A DNA stretch of 63,887 bases, the filler included, from Kipferlia bialata (taxonomy: Eukaryota): NCBI GenBank assembly GCA_003568945.1. It is 5 parts of 5 records of this genome, joined end to end, with 100 filler letters (N's around TTAATTAATTAA, not from the genome) between each part and the next. Parts side by side here need not be neighbours in the genome. Positions count along the whole stretch, not along the records: positions 1 to 15,122 come from BDIP01000740.1; 4 more parts are not named here. One strand, 5' to 3'. Both the position numbers and the translations under genes were made by a program. Under the pieces are notes generated by a model. The model worked only from the letters and a program-made list of their open reading frames with translations, searched no databases and was not told the DNA's origin. Of the stretch, positions 1 to 14,400 are shown in pieces; the first letter of the stretch is position 1, and each line of letters begins with the position of its first letter.

Positions 1-23
1 TATATATATATATATAGATATAG

Positions 24-58
<35 letters not shown>

Positions 59-519
59 CTAATACTGGCAGACAGACTGGTCACAGAGCACACGGCCAGT
101 CTGAGGTATGATCTATATACATATATAGAGAGAGAGAGACACAGAGAGATAGAGAGAGAGACAGAAATACTGATGCTGGTGACAGAGCACATGGCCAGTC
201 TGAGGTATGGGGATACACCACTGCTTACATACCGTTAGTTCCCGTACTTACCCCTTACCCCCAGATCTGACATGGAGAGTGCGTGGATATCTATATCTAT
301 ATATATATATATATATGTATGCGTGTATGTACTAGAATATATTACCTGATATATAAGTATACTGATACCCAGGTCTGACATGGAGAGTGCGTGGATATCT
401 ATATATGTATATATATATATATGTGTGTGTGTGTGTATGTGTATGCTCTAGAGTATTTATTAGCAGACATATATGTATATACACTGATACCCAGGTCTGA
501 CATGGAGAGTGCGTGGATA

Positions 520-554
<35 letters not shown>

Positions 555-2890
555 ATACATATGTATATATGTATGTGTGTATGTACTAGAGTATATTACC
601 TGATATATATGTGTATACACTGATACCCAGGTCTGACATGGAGAGGGCGTGGGAGAGAGAAACTGCCCTGAGTGGGGAGACCTCTGCCCTGAGGGAGAGG
701 GTGGCATCCATAGCAGAGGCAGTGGCTAGGTACAGTTATATATACAAGGATATTTGTGTATATGTCATCTTACTCTAGGGGTGGCAGCCGGGAGGGATCT
801 CATCTTGGATATATATGTCTCCTTATGATTCTGTATCTATGCGTATGAATACATATCATCTAACCTTAGGGGTGGTAGCCGGGAGGGGGAGAGGGCGGCC
901 CAGGCCGCACAGAGAGAGAGAGTGGAGAGGCTGGAGGCAGAGCTTGGGGGGCGGATACAGGCCGTGGAGGAGGGGGTGCAGAGAGAAGGTATAGATATTT
1001 ATGTCTATCGTTGACACTATAATACATACATAATGTTCTAGAATATATATATATATATTTATATAACATGACAGGCCGTTGAAGGTAACCCCATTACATA
1101 TCTATACTGTTACCATGTATGGTTTATTTCTACTCGTATTTATTCACTTGTCTGACCTCCAGAGTCTGCGAGAGAGGCCCACCGGGAGGGAGAGAGACAG
1201 GCCCTTCTACAGAGTAGGGAGGCACTGCTACAGACAGTGGCAGAGGCAGAGGCATCACTCAAGACGAAGGTACAGTATCAGTATACCCCATGTATATGCC
1301 AAGAATACTCGAATACCTTGGAAATATACCATTAGTGTTCTGCATATGTATACTATATATGTATGCATGCCCTCACCCCCAGGTTGAAGATGTGCTGGGT
1401 AGTATATTCCTCTCTCTCTCTCTCTCTCTATACCCTCACCCCCAGGTGGAGCAGGTGCAGCGTGACCTCCAGACCCATGCTGACCAGGAGAGAGAGAGGG
1501 CAGGGCAGGAGAGGCAGAGGCTGCAGGGGGAGTGGGCAGAGCAGCTGTCTAGTGTTGATAGGAGGGTATGTATATTTAGTCATTATACTGTATATACTAA
1601 GTATGGCATAGTATCTCTCTGACCCCTAGGTGGCTGACATGGAGTGTGAGAGAGAGGCACTGGGAGGGGTGGTGCACAAGATACAGGCACAGGTGGGTGG
1701 AGTGCCTTATATATATTCACATATATATTTACTATATGTACTCTACAATGGGAAGTAGTGAGTGTGGCCCAGTCACTCTGACCCCTAGGCCTCCACGGCG
1801 CAGGATAGTGTTACTAGACTGCGTCAGCGTGTCTTGGCAGCTGAGACGTCGCTAGACACAGCGGTGGACACATACCGTAGGTATCAGTGTCAGTATTATA
1901 TGTATATTGAGTGAATACTAATAATGTCAGAGATATGTAAACTGTGGTGAGACTGTGCACTCTATCTAGTCTCAGTATACTCTCCTATCCATTCTAACAA
2001 TAGGGAGACTGCCCGTGAAGATTTATGTTTACATTCTGACCGAAAGTATTGTATATACTAGCAGACGTTGTAACACTGTGGATATATCTCCTATACATTC
2101 TAACAATAGGGAGACTGCCCGTGAGAAGGAGACTGTAGCCAGTCTGACCCAGAGACTAGATGCAGTTGAGAGGGAGAGAGAGGCAGAGAGGGAGAGGGAC
2201 ACAGCGTTGGAGGTATGTGTATGGTATGTGGAAAAAGAGGGAGAGCTCTAAGTAATAATCATTTCTACGAGTGGATACCGACGTCTGACACACCAGGTCA
2301 GATGCTCCACACTCGAGGCCACCCTTGCCTCAGTCGTGTCAGGTAGGGGGTGCAGCACTACTGCACACAATCAATGCATATATATGGATATTTGAGTATA
2401 TAGATTGTGTTCTGATCACCTCACCCTGCCAGGTGTTGACAGCGTTAATTAACAATATTTACACATGAATATATGCATGTGTGTATATGTAGTCTATATA
2501 TTGTGTTCCATTCCCCTTACCCTGCCAGGTGTTGACAGCGTGGCCTCCCTGGGCGAGAGGGTGTCTGCCCATGCCGCACTCACAGTCACACTCTCAGACA
2601 CATGCCAGGTATCGGATATATTTAGTATACATAGTATCCACTAATTGGTAGTCGATGTATTATATTGTATCACAGTCACCCTGTCAGACACGTGCCAGGT
2701 GGGATATAGTCACTATTATGTGTGTATACATGTACTACCTAACCCTCTCCCCCAGTGTTCTGCCTCTCTCTCGCTCTCTACCCCTTAGGCCATCTCTACC
2801 AGAGTTCATTATCATATCATTACATAGCCATTACACCTATGTGTGTATTTATATTCATATACCCCTCACCCCTTAGGCCGTGTCTGCCAG

Positions 2891-2933
<43 letters not shown>

Positions 2934-3789
2934 ACCCCTTAGGCCGTGTCTGCCAGTGTTCTCTCTCTCTCTCTCTCTCTCTGCCCCTTACACCCCAGGC
3001 CGTGTCTGCCAGGGTCTCTCTCTCTCTCTGATCTCTCTCTCTCTCTCTCTACCCCTTACCCCCTAGGCCGTGTCTGCCAGGGTGTCTGCAGTCGAGGACA
3101 CAGGCAGAGACCTGGGGCAGAGGCTGGACACACTCGACGGGCAGGTATTACAACTCTCTCTCTTTACACTACCGATATATGCATTCGTATGTCTCACCCC
3201 CTCAGACCACGCCCCTAGCCGCCTCCCTGGAGCAATGCATGGCCTCTCTCTCTGCACTCTCCATGGAGATACAGGGGGTGGGGGCCAGGCAGGGCGAGAC
3301 GGACAGACAGGTGCCGTCTGTGTGGATATGTATAGATATATGTGTGTATTGCATATTGTATATGATTTTAGAGACAGTCAGACAGGTACTGGCCTGTGTG
3401 ACACCTCCTTGTCACATTATGTAGTGTATTTGCACCACAATAGTGTATATATATATATATCCTCAGTATATATATATATCCTCACCCCCCAGGTCCAGGA
3501 GATGGCGCTATCCGTGTATAGACCCTCCCCTCTCTCTATATATAGTTATATAGTGGTTTATTAATATATATATAGATATATCCTCACCCCCCACGTATAC
3601 CCTCTCTTTATATACCTTCACCCCCCAGGTCCAGGAGATGTCTCTATCTGTGGCCGGTGTCTGCGAGGGTGTCTCTGCATGCTCCGACCTGGCCAACACA
3701 GTGCAGCAGGGCCTGGCATCCTTGACCCAGCAGGTCGAGAGGGTCGAGAGGGAGAGCGTCATACCGGTGCACGAGGTACGCATCTTACC

Positions 3790-3824
<35 letters not shown>

Positions 3825-4046
3825 CATATATATATACCCCTCACGCCAGGCCAGGCAGCGTCTAGGCACCGCCCTTGTGGATGTATCTCTCTCTCTCTCT
3901 CTCTCTCTCTNNNNNNNNNNNNNNNNNNNNNNNNNNNNNNNNNNNNNNNNNNNNNNNNNNNNNNNNNNNNNNNNNNNNNNNNNNNNNNNNNNNNNNNNNN
4001 NNNNNNNNNNNNNNNNNNNNGTCTGGGCACCGCCCTTGTGGATGTA

Positions 4047-4077
<31 letters not shown>

Positions 4078-4914
4078 TCCCCTCACCCTTTAGGCCAGGC
4101 AGCGTCTGGGCACTGCCCTTGTGGATGTATCTTCTCTCTATCTCTCTATTTGCATGTACATATAAATATATACCCCTCACGCCAGGCCAGGCAGCGTCTG
4201 GGCACCGCCCTTGTGGATGTTTCTCTCTCTCTCTGTGTCTCTCTCTATACATATATACATACCCCTTACCCTAGGCCAGGCAGCGTCTGGGCACCGCCCT
4301 TGTGGATGTGGGTAGCAGGGCAGCAGGGGCAGTGGCAGCCGTCAAGGAGGGGGAGAGACAGGTAGGCACTCATAACACTAGCATACTCAGGTTCTCTCTC
4401 TCTCTTTCTCTCTGCTACTAACCCCCAGGTTGCTGTCCTCTCTGAGTCTGTCTCTGCTACTAACTATTAGGTTGCTGTCCTCTCTGAGTCTGGATCTCTC
4501 CCTCTCTCTCTCTCTCCCCCCCTCTGACCCCTAGGTTGCTGTCCTCTCCGAGTCTGTCTCTGCCATGCAGAGTAGGATAGCAGCACTCGCAGACGCCGTG
4601 CCCGAGGACCTCTCTCTCTCCCTCTCTGCGCTGGGGGAGAGAGAGAGAGACCTCAGGCTCAGGACAGAGGGGTGTGAGGCAGGGGTGCAGAAGTGCCGGT
4701 CAGGCATAGCTCAGGTATTGTATCACTACTCTCCTGTTCAGTTCTCTTTACCAGCTTGTCACTCTCAATATATTAGCATTTGTGTATATATTCCCCCTTA
4801 TACCAGGCCCTGCAGCGTGTGTCTGCCTACCTGGCCTCCCTGGAAGAGGGTGTGGCCAGGGCGACACAGAGGGCAGAGTCCGCCATAGCAATGTGCACGG
4901 AGGACTCCGCATAG
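1..4914 (+). CDS. Multi-exon coiled-coil hypothetical protein, 5'-truncated
   Basis: GT-AG exons stitch to E/R/Q/A/L-rich heptad-like peptides such as VEQVQRDLQTHADQERERAGQERQRLQGEWAEQLSSVDRR (~1446-1565) and MQSRIAALADAVPEDL. The last exon ALQRVSAYLASLEEGVARATQRAESAIAMCTEDSA ends in TAG at 4912-4914. No domain recognised. Confidence 0.7.
261..660 (+). repeat. Intronic tandem array of acceptor plus exon-start copies (4 units including the real exon at 631)
   Basis: ccag|(g/a)tctgacatggagag(t/g)gcgtgg at ~261, 369, 491 and 627, separated by (TA)n/(TG)n. Confidence 0.9.
3911..4020. other. Scaffold gap (110 N) inside an exon-edge repeat array
   Basis: Run of N flanked on both sides by copies of gcagcgtctgggcaccgcccttgtggatgt. 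Confidence 0.95.
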
Positions 4915-5836
4915 TCAGTGACAGGGCACACCCGTGTGTATAGGCCAATTATACTGTTATGTGCGAGTGTATTAGGACTGGATATGACATTGTATGTGTG
5001 CATGGAGGACTCGGCATAAGAAGGAGGCATACTTGTAGCAGGCCTATACCGAGTGTTGAGCTTAGTCGTATGTGCAATAGTAGTGGCCCAGTTTGGGTAT
5101 TGGTTGGAGTGAATTGTATTGAGTATTGTGTTACAGGTAGTATGTGTCGGGTGTTTGTACTCGACTTGTAATGGGGCTCTGAGGAGCCCTGATAGGGTGT
5201 TTAGGCTGGTGGTGTGTGTTCACTATTTACTGAGGAATAGACAGTGTTAGGAATATTCTGAAGGAAATACAACTGTTTCAACCAGCACCTTCTAGATCTA
5301 TTAGCCTAATAGACCTAATACTAGGTCTATGAACCTTCATAGTATGAAGGCTTTGCGACGCAAAGTTTGCGTAAGTAATTGTAAGGGGCTAGCGATGTGC
5401 TTACAGGCAGTCACCACCCTTCTCATCACAGTCACATCATCACCCTCAAGTAGTGTGACTATGTCATCAGCTAACACTGCTCTGGCCTCCTCTGCGCCTC
5501 CTGTGTCAACGTCAGGTCTCACACTGGATTCTAATTGCCATACACTTCTCAATCAGTTGCTCTTGTAGTCTGTATGTCACTGTCATATCACCTCCATCTC
5601 GACCCCTCATACCCCCTACCCCCCCCCCTCTCCATATCTCTCTTAAAGCATGCTTACCAGATGTTCTCTCTCTCCTTCATATTGATGACAGTACATGTAT
5701 TTATATCTCACATCCCAGTCACTCTGTATTTATATCTCAGGCACTTCTCATATCCTGTCCTGTCCCTGCCTGTCAGTGGTACCATCAGCCTCTATATCCC
5801 AGATATGGCCCCTCTGTCCCCTCTCCTTCACCTCAG

Positions 5837-8297
5837 ATACCCATAACATCCCCTGGCCGTGTCTGTCTGTGGTATCCTCGGCCACAGAGCAGAGGCTGTA
5901 CTCAGTGCTCATCAGAAAGGGTGAGTGGGGATCCCACACCACCCTCTCTGCCCCTAGGCTTGAAGAGATAGCCAGGGCAGTAGAGGCAGAGGACATCACT
6001 CTGGTGCAGGTGGGTGCCACTATTACCATTGTGATTGCAACGTTGAGTCTCTTCCTACAACACTTGTCTCTCTCTCTCTCCCCCCCTCCCCTCCACCTCT
6101 ACGGTGTCTTCCGATAACCCTCTTTTACGGCCACCCCTATTGATAGTGTGGCAACTATATACGGTGTGCATTGAACCCCAGGCCAGGTCCCTGCGGAGGG
6201 GTCTCCTAAGGAAGAGGGCGATGAAGAGAGAGAAGGACCTCAGGTACTCATAGTGATGCCATATACATGATACTTCCATCCACTAGATATTATATACCAG
6301 ACACCCACCGCAGGTACAAGGGCCACAAGCACAAGGGTCCTGTATGACAGAGGGGTCTCTGTGCCTGACCTGGCCAGGTAGTGTACCATACATACATACC
6401 CTGTATGATAGAAGAAGAACAATCGTATCATGACGATGTCTAATTGGATTAGTGTGTGGATGTATGTATTAACGTGTCAGTTCCCCACACCCTCCCCCTT
6501 AACCCCCAGAGACTGGGACTTCCCACCCGTCAACACAATGAGGGCAATACTCAAGGTGTGTATACTCAAAGAACACACCTATTGGGACAAGTATACTACC
6601 CTATATTTTATGTTTGAGTGCAATACTCAAGGTGTGAATTCTCATATAACTATTCTACCACTCCTCAGTCGGTATATATATATTTATTGAGGGTAATACT
6701 CAAGGTATTCTCTTGCATAGACCCACATATACTCACCGCATATGCATATATTCATATTCCTTTATGTGTGTATTGTATACTACTCGTATCAACATACTCA
6801 CCCTAGGCCCGCCAGTGGGACAAGGCCAAGGTCAAGGCAGCCCTACAGAGCCCAGACACCCTACTATCTACACGAGACGCCAGGTAGTTCAGACAGTATA
6901 TATATATATATATATTTAATATTCATATATAATTGATACTGATACTGATACTGATGCCAGGGAGTTCAGACAGGCAGAGGCTGTAGATGTGGTATCAAAG
7001 GCAGACCAGACAGGTGGGTAGATTGAGTATACTTGAATGTATATGTGTATGTGTGAATATAGATATTAGTAATGTATTATATTATCATAAGTAGATGTGG
7101 TGTCTAAGGCAGACCAGACAGGTGGGGGAAGAATGAGCATGAATATACATTAGTATATATATTTATGTGAATATAGATATTTGTAATATCTTTTCATTAG
7201 TAGATGTGGAGTCAAAGGCAGACCAGACAAGTCTGTCAGTACAATACAGCCCTATATGCTACTCTCACCATTGTCCCTCACCCTCCAGCCAAGGCTGAGA
7301 AGGCCCGTCTCTTCGAGGAGGTTCTGCGTGACCACTTTTCCCAGCTGGGTGTCTCCTATCGTGTAGAAAGTGACCTCATACAGGAGCAGAAGGCTGCCAG
7401 TCCTGATGGCACCGTCACTGCCACACCTGATCTCCTCCTGCTAGGTATGTTGTACATATTATATATTAATTTGTATTTTAATATATGTATATATATACAT
7501 GTATAAAAATATAGGTACATACTACTAGGTACAGTCTACAGATAAGCTAGATAAGCAAGAATAGCTAGGTATTAATATATATTTCTTTTAACAAAACGAC
7601 GGAATTTGGCGATTGGGCGATTCCCTATTTCCCTATTTGATATTGTCGCTCCAGTATATATTTCTTATTATAAATTATTCTATATATATATATATATATA
7701 TACGGCACACACATATATATATACATGACCCTCTCCTGCCAGACCCCGTCTCCATCAATGTTCACATACACGTATATATATATACGTATATATATATATA
7801 TACGTATATATATATATGAAAACATCTTCTCCTGCCAGACCCCGTCACCATCAATGGCCACCCTGTGCACTGGGTCGATGCCAAGTGCTTCTACGGGGCA
7901 GACCTGCCCCTTCCTAAGAAGAGCGCCCAGAAGCAGGTATGTATATTGATATATCAGTATTCCATATAAATATATCTTATGTATTATATATATATATAGA
8001 GAAGAGTGCCCAGAAGCAGGCATGTTAATATATACTTACGAATAGTAAGTACTTCAGGTTTCTTAGTAGGACGCTCAAGCTTGAGATATTGTTGATTGTA
8101 ATACTCTTCACTGAAGATTGCACGGCATATGTAACGAAGCATATATAATAGTAAGACACTGACTGCAGGCTGCCAGGTACACCAAGCACTTCGGACCAGG
8201 GGCCATTGTGTATATGCGGGGCTTCTGTGATGCTCTGGATGTACCTGGGGCCCTGCTCCTGGATGCCACACCCCTTGATCTGTCCAGGATGGAGTAG
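5837..8297 (+). CDS. CDIN1: CDAN1-interacting nuclease 1 (C15orf41)-like TPD-domain PD-(D/E)XK nuclease; true start probably slightly upstream
   Basis: Spliced exons give ARLFEEVLRDHFSQLGVSYRVESDLIQEQK...TATPDLLLL (7289-7444), DPVTINGHPVHWVDAKCFYGADL...AQKQ (7839-7936) and AARYTKHFGPGAIVYMRGFCDAL...RME* (8169-8297). This matches the family pattern TPD...P(V)xxxGxxxHW(I/V)(E/D)(S/A)K..F(Y)G...Y...FGPGxxxYxxGF. Confidence 0.8.
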
Positions 8298-8407
8298 GGT
8301 ATACTAGCCGGGTAATATTGCTAATGTGGTGGTAGTATGTTACCTGTGCAGCATATATGCATATTATAATACTGGTATGATGCACCTGTCTATGGTGGAG
8401 AAGGGTA

Positions 8408-11400
8408 CTAGTCTACTTGTCGGGCGTTTAAGGTGTGGAGAGTTGTTGTCCATGTATATACCCAGAATGCATACACTGGGTGTGTACATGAATAATAGAT
8501 AGTTAGTATAGACCTCTTGACAGTCTGGATGTCTCTATTGACTGGACCACACGAGAAACGTGTCCATCTTCTACGCTGCAACATACGGTCCAATACTAGG
8601 CCTACTGGGGTGACGAATCCTATACGTGCACCTGGCGAACGTGCTCAGTCGAGTATTACCCTGATACAATCCTTCAAATAGTCATGAATGTACCATACTA
8701 CCGTGCATGAAATGCCATCCTCAATCATCAATTCTGGTCCAGTGTCATGTTGGGAGCTCTCTTGTGAGCGTCAGCGCCTCTGAACCAACAGAGTTTACGA
8801 CTACCCCTACCCATGGCCATCAAACATTGAAATATGGCGCCTTGTGGGCGTGTTCTGAAGCGTCTTCAAGTGGCCAAGGCCACCAGAGTCTACAGTGTGA
8901 CATCAATCTTCCTGTTCAGTGCTGTGACCATTGGTGTGAAGACAGACATGCCCAGAGGGGTGACACCACAGTCACGGAGGACTAGGCTGATGGGTGAGGG
9001 AGGGGTCAGCACTACTATATCAATAACTAAGTGTTTGTACATATATATATATATGCACATGGGTAAAGGTGTGCACCTGGATATGGCTGGGGATCCCTAT
9101 GCATATATGTGTGACATATGTATATACCTGGTTATGGCCGGTGCTCTCTTGACCACACCCACCAGGTTGATGAGACCAGTGTTGCCAAGGCTAGATGTGA
9201 GATGGCATGTTAGGGAATAAGGATACAGTTAGATGACCACTTGAATGTGGATAGTATTCATAATAGTAGACACACCCCATGTGGAAGAGACCAGTGTTGC
9301 CAAGGCTGCAGTGAAATAGGGAGTTGGGATATTAGTCAGATTAATATGGCCACGTTGGTAGTGGTACTGATACTGTAAATAATGAGCCTAACAGATGTCA
9401 GAGGACAGGATAGAGAGAAAGAAAGAGAAAGAGAGAGTCACATATATACGTACTCGTTTCCAGAGAGGTCTAGGCAGGTGATATGGGACAGACTGTCCCA
9501 GGGGTTCTCTCCCTCTCTCTCTCTCTCTCTCTCTCCCTCTGCTCTCTGCCCTATGAGTGCCCCTATTGACACACACCCCAGCCCCATACGGGTGAGGTCC
9601 AGCACACACGCCCCACTCTCTCCCTCTCCCTGAGGCCAGCACTGCTTGACTCTCTCCCCCATCACCCTCACCATGTCATCGTCTAGCATGCGGCATGTCA
9701 GACCTGCTATGCACTTGGAGAGCACAGGATCAGTGTCGGTGGGGGTTGAGTCTGGAGATAGGCAAGTGTCAGTGTCGTTGTCACTTGGAGGGGAATCAGG
9801 CACAGGCTCAGTGGCCACATCTCCTGTTCCATCTATACCATCTGTTGGAGTTGATGTGCTTCCCTTCTCATCCACCTCGGTACCAACTGAATCAGACCCA
9901 ACTATGTCACTAGATGACCCTGTGGTTGTGAGGGTCTCCTCCTCCTCTCTGTTGTCGACTACACCGCCCGTGTTGACCTGAGGGTAAGCATCCGCAAATA
10001 GTGACACTGTATATAGAGTATGTATACTCACCAATTGAACATGTATATTCATTGTACAAACACTACAGTGCATTTACCCCACCTGTGTCATTGTGTCTTG
10101 TCGAGGATAGTATATCAAACGCATGTACTCTCTATACTCATAAACACATTGAGAGAGAGACCCACCCGTGTCATTGTGGCTGTGAGTGTCTTGTTGAGTG
10201 TACTCTCCAGGGCAGCAGCAGAAGCCTGGCGCTTGGCACTAAGTCTGGAGCTGTAAGGTATGGGTGTAACTCTCTCTACACATACTTCAATCTATACACT
10301 CTTAGCAGTACAGCTGGCAATATTGTAAAGGCAAGGAGCTAACATAGATCGCATTACCTCTTGATCACTGCTGTCAACTTGTTCAGTGCCTGTCTGGCAG
10401 AGGGTCTCTTGTCCTGCTCTTTCTAGGGGTCAAAGAGAGGGATAGACACACACACACACAGAGGGATAGAGAGAGACGTGTATTGGCTCTATCTTCAGTC
10501 TCTTGTCCTGCTCTTTCTAGGGGTCAGAGACAGAGGAAGGAAGAGAGATGTATACGGAGATGGACACAGAGAGGGAGAAGTGTGTTGGCTCTATCTATAT
10601 ACAGGTGTCTTTAAACTACACTCCTACCTCGACCATGGATGCCACCAGCTGATAGAGGCATCTATATACATTACTGGCACCTTTACTCTTACTACTATAT
10701 ATATACATGTATATATAGCTGCACCCCTACCTCGAGCATGGATGCCACCAGCTGACTCAGCCCAGGGACATGCTCTGATGGGTGAGAGGGACATTATCCG
10801 TATGTGGAAATAGTAAATAATATAGTAATATATATTTTGTGTATACATGTAACAGATGGAACCCCATGGACATAGACACACACCTGTCTCCTCCTCTGTG
10901 AGTGGTGTGAATGTAGTAGTAGAGTTCAATATGAAGTAATAGAGTGTTTGTACTGTATGTCGACTAGTGGTGTTTGTGCTACCTGTCTCCTCCTCTGTGA
11001 GTGGTGTGAAGGGGGTCTTGTCAGTGGTCTGTCCCCTGGGGTTATAGAATAGGAAATATACAATAATCGACCTCTACAAGTATAAGTATCATATTGCATA
11101 TACACGACAGTAGATATTGAAAGAAGAACAATATGAGCGTACTCGACAGACACTATATCATAGTAATAGAACGATGAGCGTACTTGAACTTCTCGAATGT
11201 CGTGCTCTGTGGACATATCTTGACTGGACCATGACCTACAAGGAACTGGGAGTTAGGGATAGAGAGGATAGACAGTATATACCCTGACCTACTTGGACAC
11301 ATACAATGTACGAATATGTTTGTAAATGCATATGTACCTGATGGAATATGATGCCGCATGCCCAGACGTCTGTCTTCTTGGAGTACCCACCCCCAGAGGC

Positions 11401-14400
11401 ACCCTGTATCTGCTGGGGGGTTAGAGATGTGACATATACACACATATATATATAGAGAGACAGGTTAGGTATATTTACATATATACACACACATATATAT
11501 AGTGAGACAGAACCCCTGATGCACCCTGAATCTGATGGAGGTAGAGGGAGATAGAGCGAGAGAGCACTGAGATGGACAGAAAACCCACGCACCCATCTTC
11601 TACCCATTGCTGTTTTTACATACATTTACAGGCAACTAACACATCCACCTACCTCCGGTGACATTGTGTATGGACTGCCTATCAATGTGGTGGAGAGGTC
11701 ACCCTCCTGGGGGTAAGGGCGAGAGGGGGAGAGTACCTAACAATATATACAATACATATAGTATATGCATGACTATATGTGAACGTCACCCTCCTGGGGG
11801 TCATATATAGGTTATATACATATGTGGGTTACTAATAGTCTAAACAATAGTGTATATACAATATGCATTAAGGGTGGTGGAGAGAACACACTCCTGGAGA
11901 TGGACATCGTGACAAGAGAATTCCATGTATATATGTGTATGTACGGGTACCCACCTCTATGATCCTTGCCCCCCCAAGGTCGATGATCTTTAGGAGCAGA
12001 CTCCCGTTGGGTCTGGTCCCAACCATGCAGTTGGCACCCTAGGAGTGAGTAATTATAGGTATGTACACATATAACGTGTGCGTATAATGATATATTGTAT
12101 ATTGTATATATAGTATACAATGTGTGAGTATATCGATTGGGTCTGGTCCCAACCATGCAGTTGGCACCCTGGGGGTGAGTGACAGTGGATGTACTGTAAA
12201 ATGTATGCATAATATATGTAGGTAGTAAATTTACTAAAATATACATATACACTAATATCACATGCAATTAATGTGTGCACTACCCACCTTCAAGTCCACT
12301 TGCCCCGTTGCGTGAGGGATAAATCCTCTATACATACCAATACACTCCATATATACAACCCATCCCTTCAAATCCCTGTGTGCCATGTTGTGATAATTAG
12401 TATATATATACTTCCCATTTCTATATACGATATGCTGCATAATGTATACACTCACCTTCAGGTCCCTGTGTGCCATGTTGTGACTGTGCAGGTGGGACAC
12501 ACCGGCTATGAGCTGGGGGTGGGAGGAATGGGGAGTACACTATCCATATATAAATGTGTGTGTATATACACACGATACCTGCCACACCAGTGTCAGTACT
12601 GTGTCTATGGGCATATACATATATGCCGCTATATATATATATGTATATATATATATGTGTGTGTGTGTGAATATATACCTGCCACATGAGTGCCAGCACT
12701 GTGTCTATGGGCACCTGTGCCTTGCAGTGCTGTCTGTGGTGCATGATGGTCTGGGGTGGGTTGAATACTATAAATGTATGTATAAACATATATACCACAC
12801 ACACATATATATGGCTGCCTGGGCCTTGCAGTGCTGTCTGTGGTGCATGATGGTCTGGCATAAGTGACATTACAAGATGCATATATATATATATATATAT
12901 ATATATCTATACACGTATACCATACATATATGTCTGTCTGTGGTGCATGATGGTCTGGCATTAGATACTATATAATATAAACACTATGTACACGATCCAT
13001 ATACGAGAGTATGTCTGTGGTTCATGATGGCCTGGGGTGGGTTTCAGTATACATATGTCTATAAATACACAAAAAATAAATGTGCCCGTCATCTCTCTCA
13101 ATATATATATGCGTTTCTGTCTGTCTCTAGTTCATCCTGGCCATACCTGCAGCTCGTGTCCCTGGATGTACTCCATGATGACAACAAGGGTCTGGGGGTT
13201 AGAGTGTAAAATCAAACATGTACAGAGAGTGAGAGTAGAGTATACCATATAGTAGTATGCGCATCACTTGCTATATCTGAATGTACTCCATGATGATAAC
13301 CAGGGTCTGGGGGTTAGTGTACAATAGTATATATGGAGAGTATAAGTTACACGCTAGAGTATATCCAATAGTTGGTATATCTGTGTGTACTCCATAATGA
13401 CACACTGAGACTGGGAGTACGGAGGTAGTATATATACAAAGGGTGTGGGCACCTACGGGTTAGGGTCTGTGGGTATATAGTGTGGAGTGAGTGTGTGTAC
13501 AATATATGTATATCACACCTCTGTGTCCAATGGACACTCTCCATGGCCACAAGTCTCATATGTATCTACTCTACAGTTACCAATATGTCTATATAAATAC
13601 CTCTGTGTCCAGTGCCACACTGGCCGTCAGGTCTGTCTTGTCTCTGTTGACAAGGTCAGTGGCGATGAAGGCATCAACTGTCCTACATGGTAAGGTCATA
13701 GTACTAAATAGGATGGATACTATATATATATGTGTGTGTGTGACTGTGATAGAGTATACATATCTGTCAAGGTCACTGGCGATGAAGGCATCAACTGTCC
13801 TACATGGTAAGGCATAGTATACGCTACTTGGCTATGCTAATAACACAGAGAAGTCATGTATACCTATCAGGCGCCATGAAGGCATTCACAGTCCTAGGGA
13901 AGAGGTAGAGAAAAAAACTGCACATGTGCACGATAATTGTGTTCAATATACATACACGACGCCTATATATTCAGATATATATATATAACTAGCAGTGGGA
14001 TAATAGCATCCACAGTCCTAGAGAGTGAGCCTGCTACACACTCTCTGTCTCTTTACCAATATGCATTCGCCTTACCTGCACACGTATATACTGCCCTTGA
14101 GCTGTCTGCCCTATATACAATATATAATACATATACATATATAGTATGTGTATATATATATATATATAATATCTATTTTACGATAGTACCTACATACATA
14201 TATACTGCCCTTGAGCTGTCTGCTCAGCTGGGTCTCCTTGACAAGGCTCCTGGGGGTAAGTAAGTCTACATATATAGTGTGACAAGGCTCCTGAGGGGTA
14301 GTTGGCATCAATTGCAACCATGAGTCCTTATCTAGGGGATAACTATTCGGAATAGGGTTGCTCGTCAAGTGTGGCTGTACTTGCAAAATGTGTGACATGT

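Noticed and set aside
5174..5189. GGGCTC-TGAG-GAGCCC hairpin resembling a histone 3' stem-loop
   Set aside because: The loop does not match the consensus and no histone gene is adjacent.
5337..5552. 71-aa minus-strand ORF with coding-like composition
   Set aside because: No recognisable motif, and I could not build a convincing spliced gene model.
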